A stretch of DNA of 64,000 nucleotides. Source: Candidatus Latescibacterota bacterium (GTDB lineage: Bacteria; Latescibacterota; UBA2968; UBA8231). Shown in pieces: positions 1-10,047 of the stretch. Positions within the stretch are counted from its first letter, which is position 1; every line of letters starts with the position of its first letter. The notes beneath the pieces were generated by a model. The model saw only the letters and a program-made list of their open reading frames with translations. It was not told where the DNA came from and made no database searches. Both the position numbers and the translations under genes were made by a program. The DNA is taken from the NCBI GenBank assembly GCA_965243025.1, contig CBDETY010000003.1, forward strand, positions 5,920,001 to 5,984,000, in the 5' to 3' direction.

Positions 1-1
1 C

Positions 2-769
2 TGGCACGAGGGCGGCGAGCAGTCCCTGATCGAGGAGGCGCTGCGCTGCAAGGAGCAGGGGTACGACGCCTTCAAGTTCCGCCCCGGCACCGACTGGGAA
101 CGGAGCGGCATGACCTTCGACGCCTACGTCCCCGTCCTGCGCCGCCTGCGCGAAGCCGTGGGGCCGGACTTCCGCCTCATGCACGAGGGGATCGGCACCC
201 TCCTCGGGTCGCTCAAAGCGGTGATCACCGAGTTCGCCCCGGTCCTGGAGGAGCTGGGGTTCTACTGGTTCGAGGAGGCGTTCGGCGGCACGAACAGCGA
301 GCACATCGACCTCTTCGTCGAGCTCAACGAGGCGATGCCGACGGTGATGGTCTCGGGAGGGGAGCGCTTCATGGAGCGCTTCGAGTCGCAGGTCTGGCTC
401 GACCGCGGCGCCCTCGACATCATCCAGACCGACTGCAACGTCACCGGCCTCACCGAGAACTGGTACATCGCCCGCACGGCGCACCTGCGCGGCAAGCTCG
501 CCATCCCCCACAACTGGCACGGCGGCGGCACCACCATGGCCAACGCCCAGTACGTCGCCGCCATTCCGAACCGCGACTACTGCGAGCTGAACCAGACCCG
601 CAACCCGCTGAAGGAGGAGATCTTCAAGGAGCCCCTGACCGTGGAGAACGGGGTCATGAAGCTGCCGAACAGGCCGGGCTTCGGGGTCGAGCTGATCGAC
701 GACGTCGAGAAGAGATTCCCCTACGTCCCGGGGTCGTACAGCAAGCCGAACGAGCGCCTCCCGGGATAG
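2..769 (+). CDS. Mandelate racemase/muconate lactonizing enzyme family protein (5' part outside window)
   Basis: Frame is open from base 2 (GYDAFKFR). Enolase-superfamily motifs YWFEEAF, SGGER, DIIQTD, PHNW, PGFGVE. Confidence 0.85.
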   Translation, partial: WHEGGEQSLIEEALRCKEQGYDAFKFRPGTDWERSGMTFDAYVPVLRRLREAVGPDFRLMHEGIGTLLGSLKAVITEFAPVLEELGFYWFEEAFGGTNSEHIDLFVELNEAMPTVMVSGGERFMERFESQVWLDRGALDIIQTDCNVTGLTENWYIARTAHLRGKLAIPHNWHGGGTTMANAQYVAAIPNRDYCELNQTRNPLKEEIFKEPLTVENGVMKLPNRPGFGVELIDDVEKRFPYVPGSYSKPNERLPG

Positions 770-982
770 GGGGGAGGGGGAACTGCTGGGGCAGCAGCTG
801 GAACGGAGGCGTGCCGGTTTCGGGGTCCGCCGGCAGCGGATAGAGACCGCCCGAGGCCGGTCGAGGGACCGTTGTCTGAAATGGCAAAGTGCTTCGAGCT
901 TCGGGGTGTTCTGAACGCCAAATCCTCGCTACCGTCCCGATCTACGAATTGCGGCATGCGAGAAGAAGGACGCCTGCGCGCC

Positions 983-1011
983 TTGACATCGCCATCTGAT
1001 GTAGCTACAAT
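983..1011 (+). promoter_or_regulatory. sigma70 promoter of the TA operon with overlapping palindromic operator
   Basis: TTGACA (983-988), 17-bp spacer, TACAAT (1006-1011). Palindrome TGTAGCTACA (1000-1009) overlaps the -10 box. AGGAGA RBS precedes ATG 1039. Confidence 0.8.
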
Positions 1012-1038
1012 GAGCCCTCATCTTCAGGAGAAAGTCCG

Positions 1039-1296
1039 ATGAGCCAGGATACCGTCGTACGCGCTCGAATCGACAGCGATACCAAGGCCCGAGCTTCCGA
1101 GGCGCTCCAGGCAATGGGCCTGTCAGTGTCCGACGCAATCCGCCTGCTGCTGCTGCGGGTGGCGGATGAGAAGCGGCTGCCATTCACCGTCCAGGTGCCG
1201 AATGCAGAGACCGTTGAATCGATGAAGGAGTTGGACGAGGGCAAAGGCAAGCGTTTCGGCAGCGCGGAGGAACTGTTCAAGGACCTCGGCATCTGA
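1039..1296 (+). CDS. dinJ: Type II TA antitoxin, RelB/DinJ family
   Basis: 85 aa, VRARID..K..A...L..MGLSVSDAIRL...LPF...PNAET. Lies directly upstream of a YafQ-like toxin. Confidence 0.9.
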   Translation: MSQDTVVRARIDSDTKARASEALQAMGLSVSDAIRLLLLRVADEKRLPFTVQVPNAETVESMKELDEGKGKRFGSAEELFKDLGI

Positions 1297-1297
1297 G

Positions 1298-1570
1298 GTG
1301 CTGACCCCGGTTCGGTCCACGCGGTTCAAGCGCGACGTGAGAAGAGCCGGGAAGAGGGGAAAGGACCTTGCCCGGCTGAGAGTGTTGCTGGAGTCGTTGA
1401 TCCAGCAGGAACCCTTGTCCGCCCGTTATCTCGACCATCCCCTCCGGGGAATCTGGAAGGGCTACAGGGAGGCTCATATCGAGGCGGACTGGCTTCTCAT
1501 TTACCGCGTCGCGGGATCGGAACTGCACCTCGTCCGCACGGGTTCTCATTCGGATCTCTTCAAAGAGTAG
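1298..1570 (+). CDS. yafQ: Type II TA toxin, YafQ/RelE family mRNA interferase
   Basis: 90 aa, FKRDV...YLDHPLRG.WKGYRE.HIEADWLLIY...L.RTGSHSDLF. Confidence 0.9.
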   Translation: MLTPVRSTRFKRDVRRAGKRGKDLARLRVLLESLIQQEPLSARYLDHPLRGIWKGYREAHIEADWLLIYRVAGSELHLVRTGSHSDLFKE

Positions 1571-1692
1571 CCCGGGTCGCAGCATCGGTGCTGGATGCCG
1601 CCCGGGTTAGCCCCCGAAAAACCCATTGCCTTCCTGCCCGGGCAGTCCGACAACTCAACCGGTCGGCAAGGTTTCTGCTGCCACCCTCTGCC

Positions 1693-2454
1693 TCAGACGC
1701 GCCCGCCGCAGGCGACGATCGTCTGTCCGGTGATGAAGCTCGAATCCTCGGAGAGCAGGAACTTGACCGCGGCGGCCATCTCTTCGGGTGCGGCCATGCG
1801 CCCGAGCGGGGTGGCGGCGATCAGCTGCTCGACCATGTCGGGGTTGGCGGACCGGCCCATCTCGGTGTCGGTCAGGCCGGGGGCGAGGCAGTTGACGCGG
1901 ATGTTGTGGGGGGCGAGCGCTTCCGAGCAGTGGCGGGTGAAGGCGACCACGGCCGCCTTGGTCGTCGCGTAGGGGATCACGTTCTTCTTCAGAATCATGG
2001 CCGCCAGCGACGAGATGTTGACGATGCGGCCGTAGCCGCGGGCGATCATCCCGTCCTTGACCGCCCAAGTGGTCAGGAACGGACCGTCGACGTTGACCTC
2101 GAACATCTTCTTCCAGTCTGAAAATCCGACCGCCTCGTGAGTCGCGTTGTCCGCCATGCCGGCGTTGTTGACCAGCAGGTCGACCGGCCCAAGTCCGGAC
2201 TCCGCGGCCGCGGCCATGCGCGCCACCTCCTCTTCCCGGGACACGTCGGCCTGAACGGTCAGGCCCCGTGCCCCGGCAGCCTCGACCTGCGCCAGGGTTT
2301 CCCGGGCGGCCTCCTCGTTCTGTGCGTAGTTGACGGCGACGGCGGCCCCCTGCTCGGCGAGCATGACGCAGATCGCCCTGCCGATGCCGCGCGAGCCGCC
2401 GGTCACCAGGGCGGTCCTTCCGGAAAACAGGGGGGCGTTTCTCTCTTCAGCCAT
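1693..2454 (-). CDS. SDR family oxidoreductase (FabG-like)
   Basis: TGGSRGIG, NNAG and YATTK catalytic motifs. Confidence 0.9.
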   Translation of the reverse strand: MAEERNAPLFSGRTALVTGGSRGIGRAICVMLAEQGAAVAVNYAQNEEAARETLAQVEAAGARGLTVQADVSREEEVARMAAAAESGLGPVDLLVNNAGMADNATHEAVGFSDWKKMFEVNVDGPFLTTWAVKDGMIARGYGRIVNISSLAAMILKKNVIPYATTKAAVVAFTRHCSEALAPHNIRVNCLAPGLTDTEMGRSANPDMVEQLIAATPLGRMAAPEEMAAAVKFLLSEDSSFITGQTIVACGGRV

Positions 2455-3274
2455 ATGCACCCTTTGCGTGCCGTCCGAGCAGGCGCTGCAGCCGGGGCGA
2501 GGCCCCGTCCCAGACGTGCCCGGGCATGCGGTAGTCGATGAAGGGGTAGAACTTCTGCGAGACGAACCGCCTGCTGTAGGTCACGCCTGCCATCAGGCGG
2601 GTGCGGTTCGAGGTGTTGGGGGCGCCCCGGTGCCAGACCTGGTTGTTGAACAGGTAGGCGTGCGTCCGCCGCGCGAGGAAGGAGTGCGGGCCGTTGCCGT
2701 CGAAGCAGGGCTGGTCCTGCATTTCCGGCTGCCTCCCGGAGTAGTGGCTTCCCGGGACGATCTGCGTGGGGCCGTACTGCAGCTCTTCGACGTCGGTCAG
2801 CGGCGTGAAGACCTGCACGACGAAGCAGGGCAGCGGCACGTCGGGAGAGTGCCGTGCGATCCGCGGCGGCAGCGGGAAGTGGACGAGGTCGTCGATGTGC
2901 CAGCCCCCCGGGCCGTCGGTGGCGGCGCCGAGATCGGGAGGGGTGTACAGGGCATTCTGGGACATGCAGTGGCAGTCCGCCCCGAGGATCGCCTCGGCGA
3001 GGCCGGCGAACGGCTCGCGGACGATGAGGTCGCGGAACGCCGTCGAGTACTCGAACATGCGCATGAGGCTCCTGCCGCGGACATGGTCCCGCTCCGGCTC
3101 GCGCATGGCCGGGTCGTCCCACTTGCGCTGCATGTCCTCGCGCAGCGCCTCGACCTCTTCCAGCTCCAGCACCTGCCCGAGGTCGCAGAATCCCTCCCCC
3201 TGAAACCGGGAGACCAGGCGTTCGGTCTCTTCGGCGGTGAACGGTTCACCGGGGAGAATGGCGCTGTCAGGCAT
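2447..3274 (-). CDS. Phytanoyl-CoA dioxygenase (PhyH) family protein
   Basis: WHID...PGSH...WHRG, the HxD...H facial triad. Confidence 0.85.
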   Translation of the reverse strand: MPDSAILPGEPFTAEETERLVSRFQGEGFCDLGQVLELEEVEALREDMQRKWDDPAMREPERDHVRGRSLMRMFEYSTAFRDLIVREPFAGLAEAILGADCHCMSQNALYTPPDLGAATDGPGGWHIDDLVHFPLPPRIARHSPDVPLPCFVVQVFTPLTDVEELQYGPTQIVPGSHYSGRQPEMQDQPCFDGNGPHSFLARRTHAYLFNNQVWHRGAPNTSNRTRLMAGVTYSRRFVSQKFYPFIDYRMPGHVWDGASPRLQRLLGRHAKGAYG

Positions 3275-3394
3275 GGCGGGTCTTCAAAGCAGCGAGGTTG
3301 GCGAAACCCGCGGACTTGGCGCTGCCGCAGGAAGCGAAGGCGTTTCGGCCCCGGGCGGCCCCGGGGATTTGGCCGATGTCGTTGTCCACCAGGA

Positions 3395-4384
3395 TCAGTC
3401 GAGGCTGTAGAACCGGTAGCGCAGCGACCAGCGGTCCGCCTGTCCGGGTGGGATCTTCAGGTCGATGAACGGCTCCGGGCAAAGGGTAGTGGCTGGGGAC
3501 CAGAAATACAGCTTCGACATCGGCCGGTCGCCGTCCATCCTCACGCCCGCCCCGGTCCTGCGGTTCTCGATGAAAAAACGGTGATCCTCCGTCCGGCTGG
3601 AAAAACCGCTCAACAGCGTCAGGATGAAGGCACCCTCCGGGATCTCCCGGAGATAGGTCAGCTCCTTCCCCTTCACCTCGGCGAACCCCTTCAGATCCTT
3701 GTCCGCCCGGGGCTCGAACGGAAAGCGCACGACGAAACCGGGACCGGTCGGCTGACCGTCGATGACGAAGAAGTTGTGATTGTACACGTCCGTTTCGATG
3801 GCGAGGCGGCCGGTGTTCTCGAGGAGGTGATCGATCACCAGCTCGGCGTTCCCCGGGGTGAGTGTCAGCCGCTTCGAGTACGAATACCCGTACCCCGAGC
3901 TGTCGTCTCTGACGGCCTGGCCGAACTCGATCCAGTTGTCCCCTTGTGCTGCGGTCCAGCCGCCGTCGTCGACGATGTCGTAGGTATGGTTCCAGCGGAA
4001 GTCCTCTTCCTCAGGCTGCCTGCAGACCCCGATACCGACGCGAACGAAGGTGGTTCCGGGCTCTCCCCGCCGGTACCCGAGCACTCCGAAAGAGTCGGCC
4101 GGGCCGGTCATGCGGGCCTGATGGTAGGGGTCGTCCGAGTCCTGCCACTCCCCGAAGTACTCGTGCCCGTCGTGGGTCAGGCTGTAGATGACGCCGGACC
4201 AGTCGAAGCGGGTGCCTCGGTAGTAGCCGTTGTCGCCGTCGGGCAGGTAGATCCTGGCGGTGACCACGTCGTTGGAGATGACGGCTGTCGGAGGAGAATC
4301 CTCAGCCGGCGTCGACGCGGAGAGCGCGAGCAGCATCGGCAGCAAGAGGGCCGGTGATGGAAATCCTGAGAAAATCCGATTCAC
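3395..4384 (-). CDS. Secreted hypothetical protein, galactose mutarotase-like fold
   Basis: Signal-peptide-like N-terminus. YYRGTRFDWSG, YNHNFF and CPEPF motifs resemble aldose-epimerase-like proteins. Confidence 0.6.
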   Translation of the reverse strand: MNRIFSGFPSPALLLPMLLALSASTPAEDSPPTAVISNDVVTARIYLPDGDNGYYRGTRFDWSGVIYSLTHDGHEYFGEWQDSDDPYHQARMTGPADSFGVLGYRRGEPGTTFVRVGIGVCRQPEEEDFRWNHTYDIVDDGGWTAAQGDNWIEFGQAVRDDSSGYGYSYSKRLTLTPGNAELVIDHLLENTGRLAIETDVYNHNFFVIDGQPTGPGFVVRFPFEPRADKDLKGFAEVKGKELTYLREIPEGAFILTLLSGFSSRTEDHRFFIENRRTGAGVRMDGDRPMSKLYFWSPATTLCPEPFIDLKIPPGQADRWSLRYRFYSLD

Positions 4385-4505
4385 GGGTCAGCTGGTTCAG
4401 GGGCATTCAGGTGATGGGTGAGAGCGATCCAATGGGTCTTTCCCGGACATGAGCCGGAAATCAACTCCCGGCGGCCGGTTCGCGGCAACAGGGCGGCGAC
4501 TCGCG

Positions 4506-5714
4506 TCACCTCCCGGCGACGAACGGCTCGCGCTGAAACGACATCAGGAACTCGGGGCCGTCCCCGGTCACGTGGCATACGTCCCCGAGGGGAACGAACA
4601 TCTTCCCCGACCCGGGCAGCGAGAAGGTGGAGTGCACGACCGCGGTGGTTCCTGACTGCAGCGGGGTCTCGTTGCTCTCGTTGAGAACCGGGCTCTCGCT
4701 GTAGTCGAGGCCCATGCCGTGGCCGATGCGGCCGCCCTGGATCTCCCAGCCGCTTACGGCAGCCTTCTCCCGCACCGCCCTGGCGACGCCGCCCACGGGA
4801 GCGCCCGGCTTCATCACCTCGAGGCCGGCGTCCTGGGCCTCCCGGGTCAGCGCGCAGATGCGCTCGAGCTCGGCGCACGGCTCGCCGAGGGAGCCGGTGC
4901 GCTGTCCGTGGCACCAGTACCCCCTGTAGACGACGTAGGAGCAGGCCGCCATCAGGTCGCCGGCTTCGAGCACCCGCATGTGGGGTTTGACCTCGAGCCT
5001 GACGGCGGACCAGTCCGGCCCCGGCCCGGAGGCGATCCAGTACTTGGCGACGTCGGCCCCCTGCCTGCGGATGACGCGCTCCATCTCGGCGACGACCTCG
5101 ATGCCGCGCATGCCGGGGCGGGCGGTCTTCACCAGGGTCTCGAAGCCGAGGTCGCTGAGCTCGGCGGCCCTGCGCATCATTTCCACCTCTTCGGGGGACT
5201 TGGCGCAGCGCAGCTCGGCGACGATGTCCCGTGGGGCGGCGAACTGTGTGCCGAGGCCGCCGGCCAGGGCCTGGTGGAACGGCTGCGGCATGTTGTCGAT
5301 GCCGACAACCCCGACCTGCCTGTCGCCGAAGCCGCACTCTTCGAGGATCGCCAGGGTTTCGGAGGCGAAGCTCCCCGGGGCCCCCGGCTTGCGCGCGTCG
5401 ACCGCCACGGCGTTGGGATCGACCGCGGCGACGAGGCGCACGTCGCGGAGCGGGGAGACCTCGAGGGCGAGGTCGCGCATGTAGGGCAGGCCGGCGAACA
5501 TCAGCGCCGCCTCTCCCGCACGCGGGACGACCACGGCCGAGTCGACGATGCGGTCGCAGTCCGCCCACCCCGACAGGTAGGCGACGTGTCCTGTCTGCCC
5601 CCACATGTGCTCCATCGCCGGCGAGTAGACGAACAGCGCCCCGAGGTCCTCCTCTTCCAGGAACTGCTGCACCTTGCCGATGCGCCCGGCAATCGTTTCG
5701 CGGGATATGGCCAT
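4506..5714 (-). CDS. M24 family (Xaa-Pro peptidase/creatinase-like) protein
   Basis: Creatinase-like N-terminus, KSPEEVEMMRRA, GHGMGL. Metal ligands look partly non-canonical. Confidence 0.8.
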   Translation of the reverse strand: MAISRETIAGRIGKVQQFLEEEDLGALFVYSPAMEHMWGQTGHVAYLSGWADCDRIVDSAVVVPRAGEAALMFAGLPYMRDLALEVSPLRDVRLVAAVDPNAVAVDARKPGAPGSFASETLAILEECGFGDRQVGVVGIDNMPQPFHQALAGGLGTQFAAPRDIVAELRCAKSPEEVEMMRRAAELSDLGFETLVKTARPGMRGIEVVAEMERVIRRQGADVAKYWIASGPGPDWSAVRLEVKPHMRVLEAGDLMAACSYVVYRGYWCHGQRTGSLGEPCAELERICALTREAQDAGLEVMKPGAPVGGVARAVREKAAVSGWEIQGGRIGHGMGLDYSESPVLNESNETPLQSGTTAVVHSTFSLPGSGKMFVPLGDVCHVTGDGPEFLMSFQREPFVAGR

Positions 5715-5848
5715 GGCTGTTTTCCCCTTGTCACGCCTGCCCGACGAGCCAGGGCAGACCTGGTGTTTGTCCGTTGCGGCGTTCGTTCAGCCGGTTCTCC
5801 GGGGCTCGCCGAACCTCTGCAATGCGCCCGGTGTGGAAAGCCAGGACA

Positions 5849-6733
5849 CTACACGCGGGCGAACTTCTGGACGCGCTGCCCCCGGTCGCCGTCTCCGATC
5901 TCGGCGACGTAGATGCTGCCTTCGGCGTCGACGCAGAGGCCGTGGGGGGATTCCAGGACCCCCCCGGCGGAGCCGGAAAAGCGGCTGACGCACTCCCCCT
6001 CCGGGGTCCAGACGCCGGCGCGCCCGAAGCCGCCCTGCTCGACGACGTAGATCATGCCGTCCCCGGTGACCCAGACGTCGCCGGGCATGGTCAGGTCCGT
6101 CCACTGTTCGATGAAGGCCCCGTCGGGATCGAAGACCTGGATGCGGTCGTTCTCGCGGTCGCAGACGAGCACGCGCCCCTCGCGGTCGCAGCCGATGTTG
6201 TGGACGACGGCGAACTGCCCGGGGCCGGAGCCGGGCTCGCCCCAGGTGAGCAGGTGCTCTCCCTCCTTCGAGTACTTGTGGACGCAGCGGTTGGCGTACC
6301 CGTCCGAGACGTAGATCGACCCGTCAGGACCGATCGCCACCCCGGTCGGCATGTTGAACTGCCGCCGGTGGTAGGTGACGCCGGCGACTCCCCGTTTGCC
6401 CCACTCCCGCTGCATTTCCCCGAGCAGGCTGTAGCGGCGCACGATGTGCTGCAGGGAATCGGTGAGGTAGACCTCGTCGTCGGGACCGATGAAGATGCCG
6501 TGCGACTGGCTGATCAGGTGCGGGGAGACCCCGAAGTCGCCGTATCCCCAGGAGGTGACGAAGCGGCCCTCCCGGTCGAAGACGATGATCGGGTGAATCC
6601 CGCGCGTGAAAATGAAGATGCGCCCCTTCGAATCGACGGCGGCGTCCGACACCTGCGCGGGAACCCAGCCTTCGGGGTACTTCGCCCAGCCGTCGACAAG
6701 CTCGTACCTGAAATCACCCTCTCCAAGTGCCAT
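5849..6733 (-). CDS. NHL-repeat protein (peptidyl-alpha-hydroxyglycine alpha-amidating lyase-like)
   Basis: NHL repeats FNMPTGVAIGPDGSIYVSDGY, GPGQF..VH, DRENDRIQVF, PHGLCVD. Start at ATG 6733 with GGAGG RBS. Confidence 0.85.
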   Translation of the reverse strand: MALGEGDFRYELVDGWAKYPEGWVPAQVSDAAVDSKGRIFIFTRGIHPIIVFDREGRFVTSWGYGDFGVSPHLISQSHGIFIGPDDEVYLTDSLQHIVRRYSLLGEMQREWGKRGVAGVTYHRRQFNMPTGVAIGPDGSIYVSDGYANRCVHKYSKEGEHLLTWGEPGSGPGQFAVVHNIGCDREGRVLVCDRENDRIQVFDPDGAFIEQWTDLTMPGDVWVTGDGMIYVVEQGGFGRAGVWTPEGECVSRFSGSAGGVLESPHGLCVDAEGSIYVAEIGDGDRGQRVQKFARV

Positions 6734-6779
6734 GCGAATCCTCCGTTTGTTGTTGTATTTGTATGGGTTGCAACTCTCG

Positions 6780-7160
6780 CGCCTTTCGGACAGTGAGGGG
6801 GCGGCAGGGGATATTGCCTCCGGCGTTTTGTGAGGTCCCGGGCGCTCCGTTCCCCCCGGCCCGGCCCCCAACGTTCGTTGAGGTCCCCGGAGCGCCCTGC
6901 CCACCCCTTCCTCCCCTCACAAAACGCCTCCGACAACACCCCCTGCCGCGCCACTGGGACCGCGAGGGGGCGGCAGGGGGTGTTGCCTCCGGCGTTTTGT
7001 GAGATCCCGGGCGCTCCTGCCCCCGGCCCCGCCCCCCAACGTTCGTTGAGGTCCCCGGAGCGCCCTGCCCACCCCTTCCTCCCCTCACAAAACGCCTCCG
7101 ACAACACCCCCTGCCGCCTTTCGGACAGCGAGGGGGCGACAGGGGGTATTGCCTCCGGCG
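6780..7160. repeat. Tandem ~166-169-bp REP/REPIN-like units (about 2.3 copies) with terminal inverted repeats
   Basis: Units start near 6795, 6964 and 7130. Left arm gcggcagggggtgttgcctccggcgttttgtgag is the imperfect reverse complement of right arm ctcacaaaacgcctccgacaacaccccctgccgc. Confidence 0.85.
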
Positions 7161-7304
7161 TAAGGCACTCTGGGAAGTTCCTTCACGCAGTCCGCCGATG
7201 CATTCCGACTCGCTGCGTTGGGGGGATGACCAACCCGCGGGCAGCGCGTCTTGCTCGCGTGTGAGGCGACACGGCGGTCTCGTTTCGCAGCATACGCGCA
7301 TGCA

Positions 7305-8327
7305 TCAGGCGCGGCTCGCTTCGACAAAGGAATCGACGTCTACCGGTACTCCTCCACGGCGGGAGGACTCCCGGGCGGCCAGGAGCGGCGCCAGGGTCTT
7401 CAGTCCGTCGCTGAAATCGCTGCGCAGCCCGCTGCCGCTGCCGCTGCGGATCGCCTCGATGAAGGTGCGGTCCAGCTCCCGCCAGGGCTGGAACTCCTCC
7501 GACACGTACACGGTCTCGCCGTTCATCTCGATGTGCGAGTAGCCGCGGTGGATCGCCAGGTACCCGCCCTCGTAGTAGAACAGGAACCAGGCCTCGTTCG
7601 CCGGCGACTCCGGCGAGGTATGGAGGAAGGTCATGCTCATGGTGGCGCCGTTGGAGAGGCGGAAGCTGCAGGGGGCCGACAGCGGCACCCGGTAGGGGCC
7701 GCGCTCGCAGAAGAATGCCTGCGCCGCCTCGACGTCGAGACCGCTGACGAAACGGACGTAGTCGATGGCGTGCGGCCCCCATCCCAGGAAATTGTCGTGG
7801 CCCTCGATGACGGTCTCCCAGCCCGGGGTTGCGGCGTCGGGGTCGGGGGGCGGCAGCGGGTCGACGCTCTGGAAGCGGACGTGGACGATCTCTTTGCCGG
7901 CGAGGCGCCGTTTCGCCTCCTGGAAGATCGGGCGGTAGCGCTCGCGGAAGCAGACGGTGCCGAGCAGGCCGTTGCGCTTCAGGGCGTCGTCGATCTCGAG
8001 GGCGGTCTTCATGTCGAGGGCCTGCGGCTTCTCGCAGAACAGGTGGGCCCCGTTCCCGGCAGCGGCGATCTCGACCGCGGGCCGCACCGCAGCCGGCACC
8101 ACCGACCACAGGGCGTCGAGGGATTCCCTCTCGACCATCTCGAGGCCGTCGGCGTAGGCCGCGGGGACAGCGAACTCCGAGGCCGCGGACCGGGCCTTGC
8201 CGCCGTCGATGTCGCAGACGGCGACGACCTCCGCGCCGGGGATGGATTTCAGGTTGGGAAGATGTTGGGTGACCGCGTGAGCGCCGGCGCCGAACATGCC
8301 GACGCGAACCCGGTCGGGAGCAGCCAT
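7305..8327 (-). CDS. Gfo/Idh/MocA family oxidoreductase
   Basis: GMFGAG Rossmann motif, HLFCEKP, HAID. Confidence 0.88.
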   Translation of the reverse strand: MAAPDRVRVGMFGAGAHAVTQHLPNLKSIPGAEVVAVCDIDGGKARSAASEFAVPAAYADGLEMVERESLDALWSVVPAAVRPAVEIAAAGNGAHLFCEKPQALDMKTALEIDDALKRNGLLGTVCFRERYRPIFQEAKRRLAGKEIVHVRFQSVDPLPPPDPDAATPGWETVIEGHDNFLGWGPHAIDYVRFVSGLDVEAAQAFFCERGPYRVPLSAPCSFRLSNGATMSMTFLHTSPESPANEAWFLFYYEGGYLAIHRGYSHIEMNGETVYVSEEFQPWRELDRTFIEAIRSGSGSGLRSDFSDGLKTLAPLLAARESSRRGGVPVDVDSFVEASRA

Positions 8328-8502
8328 GATCGATCCTTGTGCCGCTTGTATTGGGCGGGGGTTCGGGGGGCCTTCCTCCGGTGACATTTTCGGGTTGGCC
8401 GTCACCGCTGGCAGAGCGACCTCACCGGCGCTTTGTTGTTCAGGAACAGGCGTACCAACCACATTAGGACACCCGCGGTCAAGCAATCGGAAACGAGCCG
8501 GA

Positions 8503-10047
8503 ATGAAGCTGAAGGAATCGCTGGAGCTGGGGGGGCGCCACCTGCTCGGGTGGCTCGACCCGGAAAGGAACTGGCTGCCCACGGGAAGCTGGGCGATCAC
8601 CCACGACCTCGGGCGCTGGTGGGATGCCATGCTGCGCCTCGAGGACGCGACCGGGTTCGAGATCCCCGGGCACATGGAGGGGGCGAACCTGGCCAACCTG
8701 CACTGGCTCACCGACAACCCGGACGGGTTGCTCTGGGTTCCGCCCGGCCTCGACTGGCACCCGGTCAAGTTCGAGTTCCACAGCCTGCGCGAGGGGATCC
8801 TGACCTTCGCCGCCCTGGCGAAGTTCCGCGGCAGCGCCTGGGCCCGCCGCGCCGGCCGCCGCTACCTCGAAAGCATCGACAACGGCCTGGCCCCGGACTT
8901 CTCCTGGGACGTGGACAGGTTCGAATACGCCCGCCAATTCGAGCGGGCTGAAAATCAGCACCCCGGGCACACCCCCGAAAACGAGAACCGGTTCCAGAAG
9001 ACGGTGAGCCACGGCCGCTGCATCGAGGCGCTGGTCTGGTACTACCGCTGGACGGGAGACGACCTCGCCCTCGAGCTCGCCGAGCGCCTGTCGCGCTTCC
9101 ACCTCGACTACGCGGTCGCGGCCGACGGCCGCATCCCGGGTTACCTGATCGCCCCGGACAGCGCCCCGGGGGACCGCCAGTCCCACCTGTACACCCTGTG
9201 CGGGCTGTTGCTGTTCGGCCTGCTGACGCGCCAGCCGCGCTACGTCGACGCCGTGGTCAGGACGTACGAGGTCGGGGTGCCGGAGATCGTCAACGAGTGC
9301 GGGTGGGTCGCCCACGACCTCGGAGTTCTGCGCTTCCCCGACAGGACCGGGAACCCGCTGGCAAACACCGAATCGACCGGGGCCGCCGCCCGCCTCGCCC
9401 TGTGGATGGCGATGCACACCGGCAGGGCGGAGTGCTACGACGACGTCGAGCGCCTGGTGCGGGCGCGGCTGTTTCCCGGGCAGACCACCGAAGCGGACCG
9501 CCGCGGCAATCCCGGGGTCGAGATAGAGGACAAGGCGATCGGCGGCTGGGGGGCGAACGACTACCCGCACGCCGGCAAGGGGTTCAACCCGAGCGGCACC
9601 GCGGAAGTCGTGCACACCTTCAGCGCCGTCTACCGGAACGTCACCTCGCGTCAGGAGGCGGGGCTGTTCGTCAACATGCATTTCGACTGCGACGGGCCCG
9701 ACGCCGAGGTCGCGGTAACGCGCGACCGCGAGGCCGTGGTGACGGTCACCCCCCGGGTCGAGGACCACCTCTTCGTGCGCGTTCCCGGGTGGGCGGACCG
9801 GGTGCGCCTGTCGGTCGACGGCGAACCGGTGGAAGCGAACATGACCGGGGCCTGGGCATGCGTCCCGCGGCAGAGGCTGAGGCGGCGAAGCCGGGTGGTG
9901 CTGCGTTACGGGCTGCCGGAGAGACGGACCACGGAGACCATGCCGGCAGGGGACACCTACGAGTTCGCCTGGAGAGGGGACGAGATCGTCGGGGTGGCAC
10001 CTAACGACAAGCCGCTGCCGTTCTACCCGACGCTGAAGGTTCAGTGA
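8503..10047 (+). CDS. Hypothetical protein, GH127/beta-L-arabinofuranosidase-like
   Basis: HDLGRWWDAMLRL N-terminus and C-terminal LFVRVPGWA beta-sandwich resemble GH127-like proteins. Family assignment is tentative. Confidence 0.55.
   Translation: MKLKESLELGGRHLLGWLDPERNWLPTGSWAITHDLGRWWDAMLRLEDATGFEIPGHMEGANLANLHWLTDNPDGLLWVPPGLDWHPVKFEFHSLREGILTFAALAKFRGSAWARRAGRRYLESIDNGLAPDFSWDVDRFEYARQFERAENQHPGHTPENENRFQKTVSHGRCIEALVWYYRWTGDDLALELAERLSRFHLDYAVAADGRIPGYLIAPDSAPGDRQSHLYTLCGLLLFGLLTRQPRYVDAVVRTYEVGVPEIVNECGWVAHDLGVLRFPDRTGNPLANTESTGAAARLALWMAMHTGRAECYDDVERLVRARLFPGQTTEADRRGNPGVEIEDKAIGGWGANDYPHAGKGFNPSGTAEVVHTFSAVYRNVTSRQEAGLFVNMHFDCDGPDAEVAVTRDREAVVTVTPRVEDHLFVRVPGWADRVRLSVDGEPVEANMTGAWACVPRQRLRRRSRVVLRYGLPERRTTETMPAGDTYEFAWRGDEIVGVAPNDKPLPFYPTLKVQ

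Noticed and set aside
6780-7160. CRISPR array
   Set aside because: Units are ~167 bp with near-identical internal segments rather than unique spacers, and there are no cas genes.
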